From Candidatus Woykebacteria bacterium (GTDB lineage Bacteria > Patescibacteriota > Microgenomatia > Woykebacterales > RBG-16-39-9b), in NCBI GenBank assembly GCA_040876345.1, contig JBBDPM010000001.1, forward strand, positions 270,313-334,312: a stretch of 64,000 nucleotides of DNA, in the 5' to 3' direction. Shown here piece by piece: positions 1 through 8,642 of this stretch (the first letter of the stretch is position 1; the number at the start of each line of letters is the position of its first letter). The position numbers and the translations under genes are program-made. The notes beneath the pieces were generated by a model. That model was not told the origin of the DNA, ran no database searches, and worked only from the letters and a program-made list of their open reading frames with translations.

Positions 1-975
1 TATGATCAAAATATGTCACCAATTTTCTTTGAAGAACTTTCTATAGCAGAGCCAGATTATAATCTTGAAATTGGTTCTGGTGGCCATGGCGAGCAAACTG
101 GGAAGATGCTTATCGAACTTGAAAAGGTTTTAATCAAAGAAAAGCCGCACATGGTATTAGTTTATGGGGACACAAATTCAACTGCAGCTGGAGCGTTGGC
201 GGCAGCAAAATTGCATATTCCAGTAGCTCACGTTGAGGCGGGACTACGAAGTTACAATCGAACTATGCCAGAGGAAATCAATAGAGTTTTAGCGGACCAC
301 TTATCTGAGTTGCTTATTTGTCCGACTGAGACAGCCGTAAGAAATCTCAAGAAGGAGGGTATTACAAAAGGGGTTTACAATGCAGGAGATGTGATGTATG
401 ACGCGCTGATCGTGAATAGAAAAGTTGCAGAAAACAAATCAAAAATACTCGAAACTATGAACTTAAGACCTAAGACTTATTTATTTGCTACAATTCATCG
501 GGCTGAGAACACAGATGATAAAGGAAATTTAAAAAATATTATTGAAGCTTTCAGACAAAGTAAAGAAATAATTGTATTTCCGGCACATCCGAGAACTCAA
601 AAAATGCTGAAAGAATATAACCTTAAACTATCTTCGAATTTAAAAATAATTGAACCGGTTGGATATTTGGACAGTTTACAACTTCAAACAAATTCCAAAA
701 AGGTTCTAACTGATTCTGGTGGTGTGCAAAAAGAAGCATATATTTTGAAAGTACCTTGCATAACTTTGAGGGAAGAAACTGAATGGGTTGAAACAGTAGA
801 TGATGGTTGGAATGTGCTTGTGGGCGCCGATAAGAAAAAAATTCTTAGGGCAATCGCAGACCTTAATCCGGAAGATAAACAACATACTTATTTTGGTACT
901 GGTAATTCTGCCTCTAGAATAACCAAGATTTTAGTGGATTATTTCAAAGTTATGAGTTTATCGAACCATGAGTAG
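1..975 (+). CDS. wecB: UDP-N-acetylglucosamine 2-epimerase (non-hydrolysing), 5'-truncated by window edge
   Basis: ORF 13..975; motifs HMVLVYGDTNSTAAGALAAAKLHIPVAHVEAGLRS, PEEINR, DSGGVQKEA typical of WecB/MnaA; N-terminus (~40 aa) missing so gene starts upstream of window. Confidence 0.8.
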   Translation, partial: YDQNMSPIFFEELSIAEPDYNLEIGSGGHGEQTGKMLIELEKVLIKEKPHMVLVYGDTNSTAAGALAAAKLHIPVAHVEAGLRSYNRTMPEEINRVLADHLSELLICPTETAVRNLKKEGITKGVYNAGDVMYDALIVNRKVAENKSKILETMNLRPKTYLFATIHRAENTDDKGNLKNIIEAFRQSKEIIVFPAHPRTQKMLKEYNLKLSSNLKIIEPVGYLDSLQLQTNSKKVLTDSGGVQKEAYILKVPCITLREETEWVETVDDGWNVLVGADKKKILRAIADLNPEDKQHTYFGTGNSASRITKILVDYFKVMSLSNHE

Positions 976-2002
976 AATACTTTTTTTATCAATGTATCCA
1001 CTTCAAGTGTTAGACAGCGCGCCCAAAGTGCGTTCTTTTTTTCTACATCAGGAGCTTAACAAAATTGAAAAGACAGATTTAATATCGGGTACTAGGTGGA
1101 AAAGAACACTAAAATTGGGTAAATATATTTTTAATGGTAACTTTTCTAAACTAAGATTTATTTATGTTGAGAGTTCAACTACTATTGGTTCACCGTTAGA
1201 GCTTTTTTTTCTTTTTGTCTCTAAAGTGTTGAACAAAAAGATCTTTATGTACATTCGTGATGCTTACCCCTTATTTCCTGAAGAATTCCCAGTCGGTAAT
1301 ATTAAAACCCAGTTGTTATATTGGGGTTGGAAAGTTTCAATAAGTGTTTATAAATCTGTAGGCACAAAGTTACTTTTTCCGACAAGAGAGTTGGCAAATT
1401 TGTTTAAACTGTCAAAAAGTAAAATAGGTTTATTACCGCCTGGAGCGAATGTTTTTAAATCTGTATCAATTCCAATGCTGTCCCATAAAATAGGCTATCT
1501 AGGAGAGCTTTCTTCCCAGACCGGATACGAACTAATGATTGAGGCTCTTAAAAAGGTTCGTAAACAGTTTTCAGACGCCCAGTTAATTATAGTTACCAGG
1601 AGAGATGAGGTAAAAAATATTAAGGAAGATTTTTTTGAGTATCGCTTTGCGCAGGCCCAAGATATTGATAAAGTATTATCTGATTGTTCTATATGTTTAA
1701 TAGCACGGCCCATCAAGGGATACAATTTATTAACCCTACCCGTAAAATTATTTGATTACATGGCTTTGGGTAAGGCAGTAGTAACCACAGATTTGCCCGC
1801 GGTTGCTAAAATTGTTGAGGCTGAAGGTATTGGGCTTATCGCGGAGGACAGCGCTGAGAATATTGCTAATAAAATAATTGCACTTCTTAAGGACCAGAAT
1901 AGACTAAAGGAAGCCCAAGAGAATGCTTTTAAGGCGATAAGAGATAAACACTCCTGGGCTCACAGGGCAAAGGACTTATACCAAATTTTGAACAATGCTT
2001 AA
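968..2002 (+). CDS. glycosyltransferase, GT4/group-1 family
   Basis: C-terminal GT-B fold signature (ELSSQTGYELMIEAL...LFDYMALGKAVVTTD...); overlaps neighbours by few nt (operon). Confidence 0.65.
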   Translation: MSRILFLSMYPLQVLDSAPKVRSFFLHQELNKIEKTDLISGTRWKRTLKLGKYIFNGNFSKLRFIYVESSTTIGSPLELFFLFVSKVLNKKIFMYIRDAYPLFPEEFPVGNIKTQLLYWGWKVSISVYKSVGTKLLFPTRELANLFKLSKSKIGLLPPGANVFKSVSIPMLSHKIGYLGELSSQTGYELMIEALKKVRKQFSDAQLIIVTRRDEVKNIKEDFFEYRFAQAQDIDKVLSDCSICLIARPIKGYNLLTLPVKLFDYMALGKAVVTTDLPAVAKIVEAEGIGLIAEDSAENIANKIIALLKDQNRLKEAQENAFKAIRDKHSWAHRAKDLYQILNNA

Positions 2003-3401
2003 ACTTAGAAACTTAACAAGCGTTTTGAAGAATCCGATTAGTTTAATACTAATTTATATAGTTCTCTGTGGAATTGTTAACGCACGGTTTATAAAATTCA
2101 ATGATCAAGCAAAAGATATAGCTCTGGTAGCCTTTCTGCTAATTACATTATTGATCTACATAATCTACAGTTGTAGGCTGAAGTTCTCAGCCTTTCTCCA
2201 TAAAGTTTTTACTTGGCCAAACCGGATAATTTTGGCCTATCTTACTTGGTCTTTAATTACCCTAGGCTTTGCGATTGATAAAAAGATAACGCTTTTTTAT
2301 ATGATTGGTGGTTTTTTGGTTTTTCTGACCAGTTTTGTTCTAACCAAAGATTTGGTTAACAAGGATAATTTTAAGAAAATTCTATATGCGGTTGGAGCTA
2401 CAGGGCTGATCTCTGTACTATATGTTTTAGGTACAATTATTTTAGGAATCACTAGTCCAGACTTTGACCCGGCTTTTGCTAGAGTTAATCTGGTTATTGG
2501 TTCTTATACAATATATAACCTTCCTTTTTTATTTTCATACTTTGAGCATCCCAACACTCTTGGTATAGCGCTATTTTTTTCAATATCCAGTTTTCTTACT
2601 CTAGCTCTTTTGGAAAAAAATAAAATCTTGAGGATGATGCTGTATTTATTTAGCATTTTGTTAGTGCTTGGTCTTGTTTTAACTTTTTCTAGGGCGTCAA
2701 TTTTAGCTACGTCTGTATTTGGTTTACTAATAGGTTATCAAGCCTTGAGAAAGAGTAATTACCTAATACCAGTTTTTTCGACATTTTTAATTTTAGTAAC
2801 TATATTAGCCACGCTTGGCGCCTATCAAATATTTTTAGTTAAGGAAAAATCAATGGTGAACACGAATAAAAGTAAGTCATTGGTTAAAACGGAAAATCGA
2901 TGGGAAATAAAAAAACTATCAGACGAAGTTAACTTTCAAAAACCAGAGTCTGGTAGGAAGGTAGTTAAAAGTGGGCTAACAAGTAGAGGGGTACTCTGGC
3001 GAAGCGCAGTTGAATATATAATGGGAAATCCTTTAGTAGGCGCAGGATTTGGAAATTCAGAAAAAGCAATTGAGAGTAAAATTATCCCTAATAATGAAAA
3101 TTTGGTTGGACTAACGCCGCACAATACTTATTTGAGGGTCGGTGTAGAATCTGGTGTTACTGGATTGATTTTATACCTAACAATTATGTTTTATTTCTTT
3201 AAGTCCTTTTTCATAAGGCTTAGAAGATTAAGTGTAGAGGAATTTGCCACTTTATCAATTGTGGTTAGTTATCTGGTATTACAATTTTTTGAAGCAAATT
3301 TTCTTTTTGGTACTGGATTTAAAAGTTTTTATTTATTAATATTTCTAGCTGCTGGTTTTGCTTTTATTAACTCTAAGACCTATGAAAATATTAATAATTA
3401 G
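1995..3401 (+). CDS. O-antigen ligase/polymerase-like polytopic membrane protein
   Basis: 468 aa, ~10 predicted TM helices plus a periplasmic loop, located inside a glycosyltransferase operon; resembles WaaL/Wzy-type proteins. Confidence 0.55.
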   Translation: MLKLRNLTSVLKNPISLILIYIVLCGIVNARFIKFNDQAKDIALVAFLLITLLIYIIYSCRLKFSAFLHKVFTWPNRIILAYLTWSLITLGFAIDKKITLFYMIGGFLVFLTSFVLTKDLVNKDNFKKILYAVGATGLISVLYVLGTIILGITSPDFDPAFARVNLVIGSYTIYNLPFLFSYFEHPNTLGIALFFSISSFLTLALLEKNKILRMMLYLFSILLVLGLVLTFSRASILATSVFGLLIGYQALRKSNYLIPVFSTFLILVTILATLGAYQIFLVKEKSMVNTNKSKSLVKTENRWEIKKLSDEVNFQKPESGRKVVKSGLTSRGVLWRSAVEYIMGNPLVGAGFGNSEKAIESKIIPNNENLVGLTPHNTYLRVGVESGVTGLILYLTIMFYFFKSFFIRLRRLSVEEFATLSIVVSYLVLQFFEANFLFGTGFKSFYLLIFLAAGFAFINSKTYENINN

Positions 3402-4620
3402 CCAATATTTTTATCCTGAATCTGGAGCCGGTAGTTCACGGGCCTACTTCTTTGCTAAATACCTGACGGAACTTGGTCATAGCATTAAAGTTCTTTGCGC
3501 TACTCCAAATTACCCCAGTGGAGAAGTGTACAAGGGTTACAAAAACAGCTGGAGAAATAAAGAAAATCTAAGTGGTATAAACGTTATAAGAACTCTGGTG
3601 TATCCAGCAAGATATTCGGGTTTTGCAAAGAGATTTTTCAACTATGCATCTTTTACTTTCTCCTCATCAGCTGAACTTCTAAGAGGAGAAGATTTTGACG
3701 TGATCTTAGTTAGTTCTCCGCCGATCTCCGTTTTTTTAGTTGGACTATTGGCCCGCAATGTTAAAAAAACACCCCTGGTTTTAGATGTGAGAGACGTGTG
3801 GCCAGGGGCGGCCGTAGCGACAGGAAACCTGAAAACTAAATGGGTTGTAAAGGCGTTGGAGACTCTTGAGAAATTATCATACAAAAAAGCCAATAAAATT
3901 GTGACGGTGAATGAAGAAACGAAAGGTATATTGCTAGAAAATAATGATTTTCTAGAAAAAGAAAATGTAGAAGTAGTGTTTAATGGGGTTGATTTGGAGC
4001 TGTTTAAACAAATTCCCAAACACTCTATTAAAACAAAAAATACAGTTACGCTCTCAATTGTTTACACAGGTACTATTGGTGAGCAGCACAGTTTCTCAAC
4101 TTTCTTAGAGACTTTATCAATGTTAAATAAAAAGGCTAAAAATGTAAAATTTAGCGTCATCGGGGAAGGCTCAAAGAGAGATTACTTTATCGAGGCTATT
4201 GATGAAAAGAAACTCAGCAATATCTCCTTTCGTAGAGACTTAAAGTACCGGGATATACCTTCACTTCTTAACAACTATGACTTGGGTTTAGCGCTTTTGC
4301 GAAGCAATAAGTATTTAGACTCAGCTTATCCGGTAAAGACATTTGATTATATGGCAGCTGGAAAGCCCGTATTAGTCAGTGGTGGTCTTGCGATGAGGAA
4401 GTTAGTAGAAGAGAACAAAATAGGTTTTTGGGTACCAGCAGAGGACCCGAAAGCACTAGCCTCTAAAGTTATTGAAATTTCCAGACTGCCAAGAAACAAG
4501 CTTTGGGAAATGGGGGAGCGGGGCAGAAAATTAGTAGAGGAGAGGTTTAATCGAGCAGAGCAGGCAAAAAAATTGGAAAAAATATTGGAGGACGTGGTTC
4601 AAAGTGAAAATCGTTCTTGA
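3382..4620 (+). CDS. glycosyltransferase, GT4 family (WbuB-like)
   Basis: MKILIISQYFYPESGAGSSRAYFFAKYL N-terminus typical of GT4 WbuB-like enzymes; start moved to ATG 3382 (ORF track begins upstream at 3358). Confidence 0.75.
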   Translation: MKILIISQYFYPESGAGSSRAYFFAKYLTELGHSIKVLCATPNYPSGEVYKGYKNSWRNKENLSGINVIRTLVYPARYSGFAKRFFNYASFTFSSSAELLRGEDFDVILVSSPPISVFLVGLLARNVKKTPLVLDVRDVWPGAAVATGNLKTKWVVKALETLEKLSYKKANKIVTVNEETKGILLENNDFLEKENVEVVFNGVDLELFKQIPKHSIKTKNTVTLSIVYTGTIGEQHSFSTFLETLSMLNKKAKNVKFSVIGEGSKRDYFIEAIDEKKLSNISFRRDLKYRDIPSLLNNYDLGLALLRSNKYLDSAYPVKTFDYMAAGKPVLVSGGLAMRKLVEENKIGFWVPAEDPKALASKVIEISRLPRNKLWEMGERGRKLVEERFNRAEQAKKLEKILEDVVQSENRS

Positions 4621-5728
4621 CGCTAGGTTTTTTGGAGCTGATGGTGGGGGAATTGGTAGATATACTGATAATCTTCTTTCAAATCTCTCTGAAATAGACA
4701 AGAAAAACGAATATGTAGTAATTTTACGAAAATCAAATTTTCATTTATTTAATCCTGTCGGTGATAATTTTAAAAAAATCTTAATAGATGCCCATTGGTA
4801 TTCCATCAAGGAGCAGATTTTACTCCCACTAATCCTTTATAAAGAAAAACCAGATTTGGTTCATTTCCCCCATTTCAATATTCCCGTTTTATGGAACGGT
4901 AAGTTTGTAGTGACAGTTCATGACCTAATCTTTAGTAGGTTTGGGCAGGCGATTTCTCAAAGTAAGGTTTATCCATTGAAAAAAACGCTTTATGAACTTA
5001 TTTTAAAAAAAGGAGTATCGAGAGCAGAAAAAATTATGGTTCCATCAAGTTCGGTACGCAAAGAGTTGTTAAAAAAGTTCAAAGTACCTGGAGAAAAAGT
5101 TGTGGTAGCTTATGAAGGGGCAGAAGAAGTTTTTACAAAATATGGAGAAAAAGATCTGTCAGAAGGGGAAAAGAAAAAAGTTTTGGCAACCTACGGAATC
5201 AAAGAACCTTTTATTATTACAGTTGGAAACTCCTATCCGTATAAGAATGTTGGAAGAGTTTTGGAAGCACTTGAGAATCTTCCTGGAAACTTAAATCTCG
5301 TCCATGTGACTAAAAGAGATACTTTTAGCATGGACCTTATAGATCAAGCTAAAAATCTTAATTTGAGCAAAAGGCTTATCATAACTGGCCATATATCTGA
5401 TGAAGACCTCGCTTCTTTGTATAATCTATCTGAGGCTTTTGTTTTCCCATCAATTTCAGAGGGTTTTGGTTTGCCGGGGCTTGAGGCGATGGCAGCTGGC
5501 GCCCCAGTCATTTGTTCGGATATTGTGGTCTTTAGAGAAGTTTACGGCGAAGGAGCTTTGTATTTTAACCCAAATAAACCAGTTGAAATTTCCGAAAAAG
5601 TATCTCTCATACTTCATGACTCGAAACTCAAGGTAGAGATGATAAAGAAAGGTTTTCTAGAAGTGGAAAAATATTCTTGGCGGAAAATGGCGCAACAGAC
5701 GTTAGATGTATATAATACTATTTTATGA
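4604..5728 (+). CDS. glycosyltransferase, GT4 family (mannosyltransferase-like)
   Basis: GTG start; GIGRYTDNLL N-term, EGFGLPGLEAMAAGAPVI C-terminal GT1 motif. Confidence 0.7.
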   Translation: MKIVLDARFFGADGGGIGRYTDNLLSNLSEIDKKNEYVVILRKSNFHLFNPVGDNFKKILIDAHWYSIKEQILLPLILYKEKPDLVHFPHFNIPVLWNGKFVVTVHDLIFSRFGQAISQSKVYPLKKTLYELILKKGVSRAEKIMVPSSSVRKELLKKFKVPGEKVVVAYEGAEEVFTKYGEKDLSEGEKKKVLATYGIKEPFIITVGNSYPYKNVGRVLEALENLPGNLNLVHVTKRDTFSMDLIDQAKNLNLSKRLIITGHISDEDLASLYNLSEAFVFPSISEGFGLPGLEAMAAGAPVICSDIVVFREVYGEGALYFNPNKPVEISEKVSLILHDSKLKVEMIKKGFLEVEKYSWRKMAQQTLDVYNTIL

Positions 5729-6840
5729 AGGTTAGTTTGGTGCATGATTACCTACGCGAATATGGTGGGGCGGAAAAAGTTCTAGAAGTACTTAATGAAG
5801 TTTGGAAAGATGCTCCTATTTACACCGCAACCTATGAACAAGATCTAATGGAAAAGTCTGGTCTTGAGGTTCCACCACCCTTAGTTCACACTGCTTTTAC
5901 TCAATTTTTACCTTTTCGTTATCAACTCCGAAAACATTATTTTTTCCTTTACCCGCTCGCATTTCGATCACTGAATTTGGACTCCGATGTGATTTTAAGC
6001 TCATGTTCATACGCGGCAAAATTTATCAACAAAAAAAGGAGTCTTCATATTTGTTATTTACATTCAGTGCCAAAATTTTTGTGGGGTTATGAGACGGAAA
6101 CTCCAAGTCTAGAAACTATCTTTATCGATAATTATTTAAAGCCAATTTACAAAGGAATTTTACCTCAAATGAAAAGAATTTTAAGGAAAATGGACTTTGA
6201 GGCCGCCCAAAAGGTCGATTTTTTCGTGGCAAATTCTCTAATCACTCAAGAAAGAATTAAAAAACACTATGGTCTATCTTCCAAAGTAATTTACCCACCA
6301 GTGGATATAAACGAGTTTGGTGGAGAGGTGGTGGATAAAGGATATTTTTTGGTTATAAGTAGGTTGAGTAAGTTCAAAAAGATTGAGATTGCAGCAGAGG
6401 CGTTTAATAAATTTAATAAGCCATTGAAAATAGTGGGCGATGGTCAAGAGTCTGCGAACCTTAAAAGGCTATCCAACTCAAATATTGAGTTTCTTGGTAG
6501 AGTTTCGCGGGAAAGGATCTCTGAACTTTTGCTAGAATGCACTGCTTTAGTATTTCCAACAGACGAAGATTTTGGGATAGTGCCAGTTGAAGCAATGGCG
6601 GCGGGAAAACCAGTTATTGCCTTTAGAGGTGGTGGAGCGTTGGAAACTGTGGTTGAAGGTAAAACCGGAAAGTTTTTTGATTATCAGACCAGCCAAAGTC
6701 TACTTAAAGTCTTAAAAGAGTTTGATCCGTCGCGTTATAATGCAAGGGATTGCAGAGAACAGGCAAAAAGATTTTCAAAGGAAAGATTTAAAAAGGAAAT
6801 CAAAGTTTTTTTAGAAGGAGCTTGGAAGAATAGAACATGA
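5725..6840 (+). CDS. glycosyltransferase, GT4 family
   Basis: VHDYLREYGGAEKV N-term, EDFGIVPVEAMAAGKPVIA motif; ATGA overlap with upstream gene. Confidence 0.7.
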   Translation: MKVSLVHDYLREYGGAEKVLEVLNEVWKDAPIYTATYEQDLMEKSGLEVPPPLVHTAFTQFLPFRYQLRKHYFFLYPLAFRSLNLDSDVILSSCSYAAKFINKKRSLHICYLHSVPKFLWGYETETPSLETIFIDNYLKPIYKGILPQMKRILRKMDFEAAQKVDFFVANSLITQERIKKHYGLSSKVIYPPVDINEFGGEVVDKGYFLVISRLSKFKKIEIAAEAFNKFNKPLKIVGDGQESANLKRLSNSNIEFLGRVSRERISELLLECTALVFPTDEDFGIVPVEAMAAGKPVIAFRGGGALETVVEGKTGKFFDYQTSQSLLKVLKEFDPSRYNARDCREQAKRFSKERFKKEIKVFLEGAWKNRT

Positions 6841-7916
6841 AAATTTGTGTTTTTTGTGGAGGGGTGGGCACTAGGATGTGGCCTTTGTCCCGGAAAAAAT
6901 TACCTAAGCAGTTTCAGCCCTTAATAGGGAATAAATCTCCTTTTCAGTTTATGATTGGTATGCTTTCTAAAGGATTTAAGTTGGAGGATATTTACGTAGT
7001 TTCTGGAAAAGAGTACGAAGACCTAGTTAAAAACCAAGTCCCGGCTCTTCCTTCAAGCAATATTATTTTAGAGCCTGAGATGCGAGATACCTTGGCGGCT
7101 GTTGGGCTTGCTGCCTCCATTCTTGAAAAAAAATTTCCCGGGGAAACTATGGCAACAATTTGGGGAGCAGATCACGTTGTAAAAAACGAGAAAGAATTTA
7201 TAAAAGCTCTAAAAGCAGCGGAAAATTTGGCTAAAGATAAACCGGTGATTGTGAAAATAGATGTTCGACCATCTTCCCCAAATGTTCATTTGGGTTATAT
7301 AAAGATAGGAAAAAAAATAGGAGAAACTTCCGGTTTTGAAATCCACGAGTTTATAAAGCATATTGAAAAACCTCCCCTTACAAAAGCTGCTGAATTTTTG
7401 AAGAAAGGATACTACCTTTGGAATACTGGTTACTTGGTTTGGAAAATATCGACAATTATGAATTTATACGAGAAACATACACCAGGGGTGTTCCGTATTA
7501 TAAAGAAGATTCAAAAAGAATTCGACAACGGTGGATCAGATATCTCTAATGATTTTAATAAAATACCCAAAATTTCAATTGATTACGGTCTTTTTGAGAA
7601 ACTGAAAAAAGGAGATCAGCTAGTTTTACTTTCAGATCTAGGCTGGTCTGATATTGGAGCTTGGGATGCCTTGAAAGAAGCACTAACAAAAGGCAATCGG
7701 GAAAACCTAATAAATGTATCTCATGAGATAATCGATACAGAAAACTCTTTCATAAAAGTTAAAGACAAGAACAAATTTGTTGCAACGGTCGGTTTGAAAG
7801 ATATGATTGTTATCGATGATGGGGATGTTCTTTTAATTTGCCCGAAAGATAGAACTTCTGAGATTAAAAATATAGTTGAAAAACTAAAGATGGGTAAGAA
7901 AGAAAAGTATCTCTAG
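6837..7916 (+). CDS. manC: mannose-1-phosphate guanylyltransferase (GDP-mannose pyrophosphorylase)
   Basis: CGGVGTRMWPLSRKKLPKQF nucleotidyltransferase motif, size 359 aa. Confidence 0.65.
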   Translation: MKICVFCGGVGTRMWPLSRKKLPKQFQPLIGNKSPFQFMIGMLSKGFKLEDIYVVSGKEYEDLVKNQVPALPSSNIILEPEMRDTLAAVGLAASILEKKFPGETMATIWGADHVVKNEKEFIKALKAAENLAKDKPVIVKIDVRPSSPNVHLGYIKIGKKIGETSGFEIHEFIKHIEKPPLTKAAEFLKKGYYLWNTGYLVWKISTIMNLYEKHTPGVFRIIKKIQKEFDNGGSDISNDFNKIPKISIDYGLFEKLKKGDQLVLLSDLGWSDIGAWDALKEALTKGNRENLINVSHEIIDTENSFIKVKDKNKFVATVGLKDMIVIDDGDVLLICPKDRTSEIKNIVEKLKMGKKEKYL

Positions 7917-7953
7917 TTTCTGCAAGTTTAATTTATGGTATAATTTGGACAAG

Positions 7954-7993
7954 GCAAAGGCAGCAATAAAATTTGGTTCCTTTGTCCTTTTTT
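7954..7993 (+). terminator. hairpin (GCAAAGG...CCTTTGT) followed by T6; intrinsic terminator after manC or leader attenuator
   Basis: 7-bp stem, 18-nt loop, TTTTTT run; preceded by extended -10 TGgTATAAT (7936-7944). Confidence 0.4.
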
Positions 7994-8003
7994 AGTCCTT
8001 GGA

Positions 8004-8642
8004 ATGTTGTATAAATTTTTAAAGAGAACTCTAGACTTGGGTGGAGCAATTTTTGGTTTATTATTTTTTTCTCCTATTTTTTTAGTTACCGCAGTTGCTA
8101 TAAAGCTCGATTCAAGAGGACCAGTTTTGGTAGAGAAATCAGATCGAGTTGGTGAAGAAGGCAAAATATTCAGAATGTATAAATTTCGTTCCATGGTGGC
8201 AGATGCACATGTTAAAATTAAAAAAGATCCTAGGTATAAAGATCTATATAAAAAATTTGAAAAGAACAATTTTAAGTTGGAAAATGACCCAAGAATTACC
8301 CAGGTTGGAGATTTTATAAGAAAAACTAGCATTGATGAGTTGCCTCAGTTTTTTAATGTTTTGGTAGGCAACATGAGTTTGGTAGGACCTAGAGCTTTGT
8401 ATCCAGAGGAGCTTGCGATTCGCAGAGACGAAAACCAGGATCTTTCAGATCAGATAGATGTTGCACTCAGTGTAAAGCCAGGTTTAACAGGGCCTTGGCA
8501 AGTTTCTGGTAGAGCAGAGCTCGATTTTAGGGAGAGAATCAAACTGGATTCAGAGTATGCTGGGAAAAAGTCGATTGTTTACGATTTTTCCGTATTAGTT
8601 AAGACAGTACCGGCTGTTATAAAAGGGAAAGGGGCTCAGTAA
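8004..8642 (+). CDS. bacterial sugar transferase (initiating phosphoglycosyl transferase, WbaP/PglC-like small form)
   Basis: single N-terminal TM, KLDSRGPVLV...RMYKFRSM...ELPQFFNVLVGNMSLVGPRA motifs diagnostic of the 'bacterial sugar transferase' family. Confidence 0.8.
   Translation: MLYKFLKRTLDLGGAIFGLLFFSPIFLVTAVAIKLDSRGPVLVEKSDRVGEEGKIFRMYKFRSMVADAHVKIKKDPRYKDLYKKFEKNNFKLENDPRITQVGDFIRKTSIDELPQFFNVLVGNMSLVGPRALYPEELAIRRDENQDLSDQIDVALSVKPGLTGPWQVSGRAELDFRERIKLDSEYAGKKSIVYDFSVLVKTVPAVIKGKGAQ

Noticed and set aside
1495-4019. Antisense ORFs 1495-1725(-), 2936-3124(-), 3642-4019(-)
   Set aside because: Shadow ORFs opposite confidently called genes. No RBS and no recognisable content.
5112-5636. 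Small + strand ORFs 5112-5294 and 5400-5636
   Set aside because: They lie inside, in alternative frames of, a well-supported glycosyltransferase gene. Spurious.
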